A DNA stretch of 64,000 bases. Source: Anaerolineae bacterium (GTDB lineage: Bacteria; Chloroflexota; Anaerolineae; Aggregatilineales; UBA2796). Made by a program: the position numbers and the translations under genes. The notes under the pieces are model-generated. The model was not told the DNA's origin. It ran no database searches and was given only the letters and a program-made list of their open reading frames with translations. This document shows, one piece after another, positions 58,694 to 64,000 of this stretch. Every line of letters starts with the position of its first letter. Positions within the stretch are counted from its first letter, which is position 1. The stretch spans positions 217,485 to 281,484 of the forward strand of contig JAHBVJ010000003.1 of the NCBI GenBank assembly GCA_019637615.1, written 5' to 3'.

Positions 58694-59917
58694 ATGATCC
58701 GAATGCTGCACTTCGCTGACCTGCACCTCGGCGTCGAAAATTATGGGCGCTTTGACCCGCACACGAGCATGAACTCGCGCGTGGTAGATTTTCTGCGGCG
58801 CACCGATGAGATGATCGCGTATGCCAAGCAGAATGAGGTCGATCTGACCATCTTCGCGGGGGATGCCTTCAAAAATCGGCAGCCGAACCCGACTCTGCAA
58901 CGTGAATTGGCCTACCGCATCCGTGAGTTGGCAGAGATAAGCCCCGTGATCTTGCTGGTGGGCAATCATGACCTGCCGAATATCACACTGCGGGCGCACA
59001 GCCTCGAAATTTACGACACGCTGGCAGTGCCGAATGTGCTGGTGGGCGATAAATACATGCTGTATTCGGTCGCCACCAAGAATGGCAATGTCTGGGTCGG
59101 CACCGCGCCCTACCCGATCCGCACGAATTTGCTCAACGAGGAGCAGGCGCAGGGCAAGTCGATGGCGCAGATCGACGCGATGCTGCAAGATACGCTGCAA
59201 CTGCTGCTGCGCGATCTGGCGCGGGAAGCCGAGCAGCATCCTGAGCCGCGCGTGCTGGTGGGACATTTCACCGTGCAAGGAGCCAGCTTTGGCAGTGAGC
59301 GGGCGGTGATGGTCGGGCGCGACGCGACGACGCTGCTCGGTGATCTGGCTGATCCGGCGTGGGATTACATCGCCTTGGGGCACATCCACAAACACCAGAA
59401 TCTGACCGCGAAATTGCAGGGCTTGCCGCCGACGGTCTACAGCGGGAGTCTGGAACGCGTCGATTTTGGCGAGGAGGCTGACGCCAAGGGCTTCTGCTGG
59501 GTGGAGCTGGAACGCGGCAACACGCGCTGGCAGTTCGTCCGGCTGAACGCGCGCCCCTTCGTCACGCTGAAGCTGGATGTGCGAAACGCTGACGACCCGA
59601 TGGCGGTGGTGCAGAACGCGATCCAAGCGCAAGACTGCCGCGAGGCTATCGTACGTTTGATCATCGATGCCACGCCGGAGACGGATGCTAAACTGCGTGA
59701 AAGTGCGCTGCATGAAGCGTTGCGGGCGGCGGGCGCGCAAACGGTAGCGGGCATTCAGCGCAATGTCGAGCGTCCGGCACGGAGTCGACTCGGCATCACG
59801 CCGGAGGGGATGACCTCGTTAGAACTGCTGCGTCAGTATCTACGCGCCAAGAAAACCGATCCTGCGCGGCTGGAAACGCTGATTGAGCGCGCCGAGTCGA
59901 TGCTGAAAGAGGAATGA
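58694..59917 (+). CDS. sbcD: SbcD/Mre11-family nuclease (metallophosphoesterase)
   Basis: Motifs LHFADLHLG, FAGDAF, LLVGNHD, VGHF, LGHIHK in canonical order; 407 aa; starts 3 nt after the DinB stop. Confidence 0.9.
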   Translation: MIRMLHFADLHLGVENYGRFDPHTSMNSRVVDFLRRTDEMIAYAKQNEVDLTIFAGDAFKNRQPNPTLQRELAYRIRELAEISPVILLVGNHDLPNITLRAHSLEIYDTLAVPNVLVGDKYMLYSVATKNGNVWVGTAPYPIRTNLLNEEQAQGKSMAQIDAMLQDTLQLLLRDLAREAEQHPEPRVLVGHFTVQGASFGSERAVMVGRDATTLLGDLADPAWDYIALGHIHKHQNLTAKLQGLPPTVYSGSLERVDFGEEADAKGFCWVELERGNTRWQFVRLNARPFVTLKLDVRNADDPMAVVQNAIQAQDCREAIVRLIIDATPETDAKLRESALHEALRAAGAQTVAGIQRNVERPARSRLGITPEGMTSLELLRQYLRAKKTDPARLETLIERAESMLKEE

Positions 59918-59923
59918 GGCATA

Positions 59924-59957
59924 TACGCACTGCACGCCGACGGCGGCGTACTGCGTA
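59924..59957 (+). terminator. Imperfect hairpin after sbcD
   Basis: TACGCA..ACGCC-gacg-GGCGT..TGCGTA with an internal bulge; no U-tract. Confidence 0.35.
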
Positions 59958-60130
59958 GCCTGACGCCGTTCGCGCCAGCCAGCGAGATCAGGCTAAATGT
60001 ATCGCTGCTCACGCGCATCGACGCCATTTTGCCAATCCTGAGTAAACTATCCCCCAATTTAGTTGACCAATACGCTCAAAACAGGCGATGTGAACGGATT
60101 TTGATCACATTGCTGATGGAGAAATTTTCC

Positions 60131-60745
60131 ATGCGGGCAGTGATCCAAGTGCTATGGCGCGGTGTGATGCAGTTCGAGCATCACGGCTGGGTATTCGTCG
60201 TCTCGAATCTGTTCGCGGCGATCCTCGCGCTACCGCTGGTCACGCTGCCATTGGCGCTGGCAGGGTTGTCCTACGTCAGCCACACAGCGCAGACCACGCC
60301 CGCCGCCCACATTGATGAATTCTGGATCGGCGTGCGCAAATATTGGAAAGAAGGCTTGATCGTCGGCATCCTTAACTTCGCGATTTTCGGCGTGATCATC
60401 GCGAATTACATCTTTTTTCTCGATCAGGCGGGCATTCTGTTCGTCGTGCTGCGGTTGATGTGGTTTGTGATCATGCTCCTATGGATCGCGGTACAGCTCT
60501 ACCTATGGACGATCCTTGAAGAGATGGAAATGCCAACGTTGCGAGAAGGCTTGCGCAACGCAGGCGTGATGATCGTGCGCAATCTGGGCTTCAGTTTGCT
60601 GCTGGCGTTCATTATCCTGATCTTTGTACTGGTCAGCGTGGCACTGTTCGCGGTCTGGGCACTGGTCACGCCGAGTTTGATCGCGTGCATCGGCACTGCG
60701 GCAACGCTGGATCGCTTGGCGGTCTACCGCGCTCAACAACACTAA
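60131..60745 (+). CDS. YesL/DUF624-like integral membrane protein
   Basis: Start at ATG 60131 (GGAGA SD). NLFAAILALPLVTLPLALAGLSYV and FWIGVRKYWKEGL match the DUF624 pattern. Four to five TM helices. Confidence 0.7.
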   Translation: MRAVIQVLWRGVMQFEHHGWVFVVSNLFAAILALPLVTLPLALAGLSYVSHTAQTTPAAHIDEFWIGVRKYWKEGLIVGILNFAIFGVIIANYIFFLDQAGILFVVLRLMWFVIMLLWIAVQLYLWTILEEMEMPTLREGLRNAGVMIVRNLGFSLLLAFIILIFVLVSVALFAVWALVTPSLIACIGTAATLDRLAVYRAQQH

Positions 60746-60831
60746 TACATCTCTATCGTTCAAATGCTACAATTGCCACCATAAGATCGCGATAGGAATT
60801 GTGATAGGGCAACGGCAGCAAGGAACGAAGC

Positions 60832-61737
60832 ATGGATTTATTTCGCAAAGGATTGAGCAAAACACGCGGCGGCTTCATGGGGCGCATTGCTCAAGCGCTC
60901 GGCAGCTCCACCGTATCCGAGGAAACATGGGATGACCTCGAAACGGTGCTGGTGCAAGCCGATGTCGGCGTGAAAACGACTGAATTGGTGATCAAGCGGC
61001 TGCGCGACCGCTATAAAAAAGAAGGCATGGTGCGCCCTGATCAGGTACAGAAAGCGCTGAAACAAGAGCTGCGCGCCTTATTGAAGCCGCCAACGCCGCT
61101 CAACGTCAGCGGACGCCCGCTCTCGATCATTTTGATTTGCGGCGTCAATGGATCGGGCAAGACGACCTCTATCGCCAAGCTGTCCAACCGCTTCAAGAAC
61201 AATAACCGCAAAGTGATCATCGCGGCGGGCGATACCTTCCGCGCTGCCGCCATCGAGCAATTGAAGCTGTGGGGGGATCGGATCGAAGTACCCGTCGTCG
61301 CCAACCAACCGAACAGCGATCCGGGCGCGGTGGTGTTCGACGCGGTGAAAGCTGCCCAAGCGCGCAACGCCGAAATCTTGATCGTGGATACTGCCGGACG
61401 CTTGCAGAACAAAACCAACCTGATGGAAGAACTACGCAAGATCAAGGGCGTGATGAGCAAGCAAATCCCCGACGCGCCGCACGAAGTATTGATCGTGCTG
61501 GACGGCACTACGGGACAAAATGCGCTCTCACAGGCCAAGGGCTTCGCGGAGGTGGTGCAGTTGACGGGTGTGATCGTGACGAAACTGGACAGCACTGCCA
61601 AGGGCGGCATGTTGTTCGCCATCCAACAAGAACTCGGCCTCCCGATCCATTATGTCGGGCTTGGCGAAGGCTTGACGGATTTGATCCTGTTTGACCCTGA
61701 CTCATTCGTAGACAGCCTATTTGAAGGAGAGTCGTGA
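60832..61737 (+). CDS. ftsY: Signal recognition particle receptor FtsY (NG-domain-only form)
   Basis: G1 GVNGSGKTTS, G3 DTAGR, G4 TKLD, GLGE; AAGGAA SD. Confidence 0.95.
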   Translation: MDLFRKGLSKTRGGFMGRIAQALGSSTVSEETWDDLETVLVQADVGVKTTELVIKRLRDRYKKEGMVRPDQVQKALKQELRALLKPPTPLNVSGRPLSIILICGVNGSGKTTSIAKLSNRFKNNNRKVIIAAGDTFRAAAIEQLKLWGDRIEVPVVANQPNSDPGAVVFDAVKAAQARNAEILIVDTAGRLQNKTNLMEELRKIKGVMSKQIPDAPHEVLIVLDGTTGQNALSQAKGFAEVVQLTGVIVTKLDSTAKGGMLFAIQQELGLPIHYVGLGEGLTDLILFDPDSFVDSLFEGES

Positions 61738-62316
61738 TTGAGCGAGTCTAGCCTTGATGATAAGGTCGCTGCGTTAATCCGAACGCACCTTCATCGTTAT
61801 AAAGAGATCGAGATCAAGGATATTTATCGGCTGCTGCACCAAGCCGTATTCGGCAGCGGGCATCCGATCACGGCGGTGAAATCCGAGCGCGAATGGTTGG
61901 AACGGGAATCCGAAATCGCCGTCCCCGATCCGAAGGCGCATCTGCTGGAAAATATTCATCCGGAAGGAAAATTAGTGCGGTTACATTTGCGCCCATACCT
62001 GAGCGCGAAAGGTGATCTCAAGAAGCTGCTAGATGCCTTCATCGCCTCATCCAAGAGCATTAAAGGTGAGGTGAGCACGATGGAAGCCTATTGGCGCATC
62101 GTAGAGCGCATGACCGAGCCGAATGGAGAACTCGCCAATCGCTTCGACGCCCGTACGGTGCAGTTGATCGGGCGAACGCGCGCGCAAGAGAATTGGCCTG
62201 CTAGTCATCATTCGCCCAACATCGTATACGCTTACAAGCCGATCTACCGCGTACTGACGCTGACGGCGGCGCAAGAGTTGTTGAGCAAGCAGAAGATCGC
62301 GGCGAAGGTGATTTAG
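61738..62316 (+). CDS. Hypothetical protein (192 aa), translationally abutting ftsY
   Basis: TTG 61738 immediately follows the ftsY TGA (61735-61737). GAAGGAGAG lies 5-6 nt upstream. Protein-like composition, but no motif recognised. Confidence 0.6.
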   Translation: MSESSLDDKVAALIRTHLHRYKEIEIKDIYRLLHQAVFGSGHPITAVKSEREWLERESEIAVPDPKAHLLENIHPEGKLVRLHLRPYLSAKGDLKKLLDAFIASSKSIKGEVSTMEAYWRIVERMTEPNGELANRFDARTVQLIGRTRAQENWPASHHSPNIVYAYKPIYRVLTLTAAQELLSKQKIAAKVI

Positions 62317-62357
62317 CCGCTAAGGTTAAGCGAAGGTAAGGGACGTGGTGGATAACT

Positions 62358-62383
62358 GGCTCACCCCGCATCCGAGGTGAGCC
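62358..62383. terminator. Hairpin between the convergent hypothetical and SBP genes
   Basis: GGCTCACC-N10-GGTGAGCC followed by ATTGTGTTT. Confidence 0.5.
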
Positions 62384-62401
62384 ATTGTGTTTAAGACGCG
62401 G

Positions 62402-64000
62402 TTACGAAGACGGCGTCGCGTTGGGATCGGGGGTTTCAGTGGGCAGCGGCGTCGGCGTCGGCAAGCCCAGATTCGCGCCACCACGGGCGGCTAACTGCGC
62501 TGCCTGATCAATAGTGTAATATTCCCAGTGAGGCCCACCGAAGGTGGCATCCGTCTCGAAGGGGCCTTTATACCACGGCTTATACAGTGTCAAGGACATC
62601 GAGACGTAGATCGGCAGGATCGGGAATTCGCCTTCCTTACCAAAGAAACTTTCTTCGATGTCGTTGTACATCTTCTCACGTTTGGCAAGGTCGAGTTCCT
62701 TAGCGGCGGCGTCGATCTCATCGTCAACTGGTGTGCAGGTACGCTTGAAGTCGTTGCCGACATTGCAGCTCAACACGTCGTGCATCCAGTTTTGCCCGTC
62801 CGCATAGTCCGCGAACCACGAAATGAACCACATGCTCGGACGTTGTTCGGTGGGTGTGTCTGCGCTCGTGCTCTTGAGCAGGATCGAGAATTCTTGCTGC
62901 TCAAGGGTGATCAAACTCACATCGCAGCCGAGATTTTGCACGATGGCGTTCTGCATAAATTCGGCGGACGCGACGGAAGTACTCGACTGCGTGCTAAGGA
63001 TGGTGACTTGTGGTAAGCCTTCGCAGTTGGGATAACCACCAGCGGCGAGTTGCGCCTTGGCATACTCTGGGTCGAAGCCAGAATTCTCTTCCGTGCCGAT
63101 CCATGCCACGTTGATGGGCACCGCGCCGAACACACCGGGTGGCATGAAGTGAGCGATGGGGATGCCCAAGCCTTGGCGGACTTCGTTCACATACGAGTTG
63201 CGGTCAAGGGCAGCGCTGAAGGCACGTCGCACCTCAGGCTTATCGAAGGGCGGTTTGTCATACGCGAAACCGAAATAATAGGTACCCAACCCGATGGTCT
63301 GCGAGAGTTCCTTGGACAGCACAGGATCAGCCTTGGCGTTCGCGACTTCTGCGCGCGGAACAGCCGCTGCGTCGATGTTATTGCCAAGATACAGGTTATA
63401 CAGCGTCGAGCTTTCCTGTACGTAGATCGTGATCAGGCGCTCCAAGTTGCCTTTGGCGTCCTCGTTGATGGTGGGATACAGCGGATTCTTGACGAACGTC
63501 CATGAGACTTCTTTATCCCACTGCTCAAGGACAAATGGTCCGTTGCTGATGATATTGCCAGCATTCGTCCAATCTTCACCGAATTCCTCGATGGCTTCGT
63601 GCGGGACGGCGCGGATCATCCACATCGGGGTGGTTTGCAGGAAGTAACCAAGCGCTCCCTGCGTCTCGATCACCAGCGTAGTGTCATCGGGAGCGCTGAC
63701 GCCCACCTGATCGAAGTCTTCCGGCTTGATTTTGTCGGACTCGATCCGGCTGACCACATCACAACCCTTGATGATGGCTGCTGTGACCAACGTGTAGTAT
63801 GCGCCCAGACGTGGATCGCACGAGCGCTTAACGCCGTACACAATATCGCCCGCGACCACTTTGCGAATTTCGGTAGTCTGCTTGGTGGCGGGGTCGTAGC
63901 GTACCCACGGTACATCGCTGCGCAGTTTGAACGTCCACACATCGCCCGCTTCGTTGGACGACCATTCGGTGGCGAGTTCCGGGCGAATCTGGATCGTCAC
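62402..64000 (-). CDS. ABC transporter substrate-binding protein, family 5 (peptide/nickel/oligosaccharide type); N-terminus outside the window
   Basis: 532 aa visible; SBP_bac_5-type blocks (WSDG-like ...WVRYDP, FVKNPLY, YYFGF). Unusual C-terminal Pro/Thr tail GLPTPTPLPTETPDPNATPSS. Confidence 0.9.
   Translation of the reverse strand: MTIQIRPELATEWSSNEAGDVWTFKLRSDVPWVRYDPATKQTTEIRKVVAGDIVYGVKRSCDPRLGAYYTLVTAAIIKGCDVVSRIESDKIKPEDFDQVGVSAPDDTTLVIETQGALGYFLQTTPMWMIRAVPHEAIEEFGEDWTNAGNIISNGPFVLEQWDKEVSWTFVKNPLYPTINEDAKGNLERLITIYVQESSTLYNLYLGNNIDAAAVPRAEVANAKADPVLSKELSQTIGLGTYYFGFAYDKPPFDKPEVRRAFSAALDRNSYVNEVRQGLGIPIAHFMPPGVFGAVPINVAWIGTEENSGFDPEYAKAQLAAGGYPNCEGLPQVTILSTQSSTSVASAEFMQNAIVQNLGCDVSLITLEQQEFSILLKSTSADTPTEQRPSMWFISWFADYADGQNWMHDVLSCNVGNDFKRTCTPVDDEIDAAAKELDLAKREKMYNDIEESFFGKEGEFPILPIYVSMSLTLYKPWYKGPFETDATFGGPHWEYYTIDQAAQLAARGGANLGLPTPTPLPTETPDPNATPSS

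Noticed and set aside
59914-59958. 14-codon ORF (MRHIRTARRRRRTA*) overlapping the sbcD stop as a possible sbcC stub
   Set aside because: Too short and too Arg-rich to align meaningfully, and the SD spacing is only 1-2 nt. Mentioned only as context for the missing sbcC.

Overview
This is a gene-dense 64 kb window of bacterial chromosome, moderately GC-rich by eye. About 45 CDSs read convincingly. Thr/Pro-rich linkers on many secreted proteins, numerous PAS/GAF kinases and the overall gene content suggest a Chloroflexota-like filamentous bacterium, but that is inference only. All calls rest on motif recognition by eye; nothing was searched against a database.

Recognisable content, in order:
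- Sugar-acid cluster: tail of an ABC permease, an SDR, a ManD-like enolase-superfamily dehydratase and a secreted mutarotase-like protein.
- grpE-dnaK-dnaJ, then a LysM protein.
- A DnaQ-exonuclease/DinG-like fusion whose ATPase motifs look ablated.
- rpiB-tkt.
- An ABC-2 exporter (ATPase plus two permeases) with a clear promoter/operator and a heptanucleotide microsatellite.
- A REC-histidine kinase, an FGE/SUMF1-like protein and a cysteine desulfurase.
- A J-domain coiled-coil protein.
- A 1446-aa multi-PAS/GAF histidine kinase.
- A GH16+GH3 beta-glucan pair.
- A Ser/Thr kinase followed by NarL-type HK, RR and a DUF2007-like gene.
- xylB, a sensor-less HK, sucA-sucB and an LLM oxidoreductase.
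- A large membrane protein with an internally duplicated module.
- nagA, a Tat-exported Mo-oxidoreductase and a cupin.
- A DsbA-cyclophilin fusion lipoprotein.
- An alpha/beta hydrolase and an MBL-GNAT pair.
- A tandem SLATT/DUF4231-like 4-TM protein followed by DinB and an orphan sbcD.
- A YesL-like protein, ftsY and a family-5 SBP.

I found no rRNA, tRNA, CRISPR array, transposase or integrase.

The most system-like candidate is the co-oriented SLATT-SLATT / DinB / SbcD-without-SbcC trio at 56.8-59.9 kb. It sits in a housekeeping neighbourhood, so I rate it only moderately. Other points worth a second look:
- the ATPase-dead DinG-like exonuclease
- the DsbA-cyclophilin fusion lacking the catalytic Arg
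- the (GTGCTAA)6 repeat and structured spacer inside the ABC-2 operon
- a perfect 28-bp palindrome upstream of the LysM gene
- two large surface proteins with internal duplications
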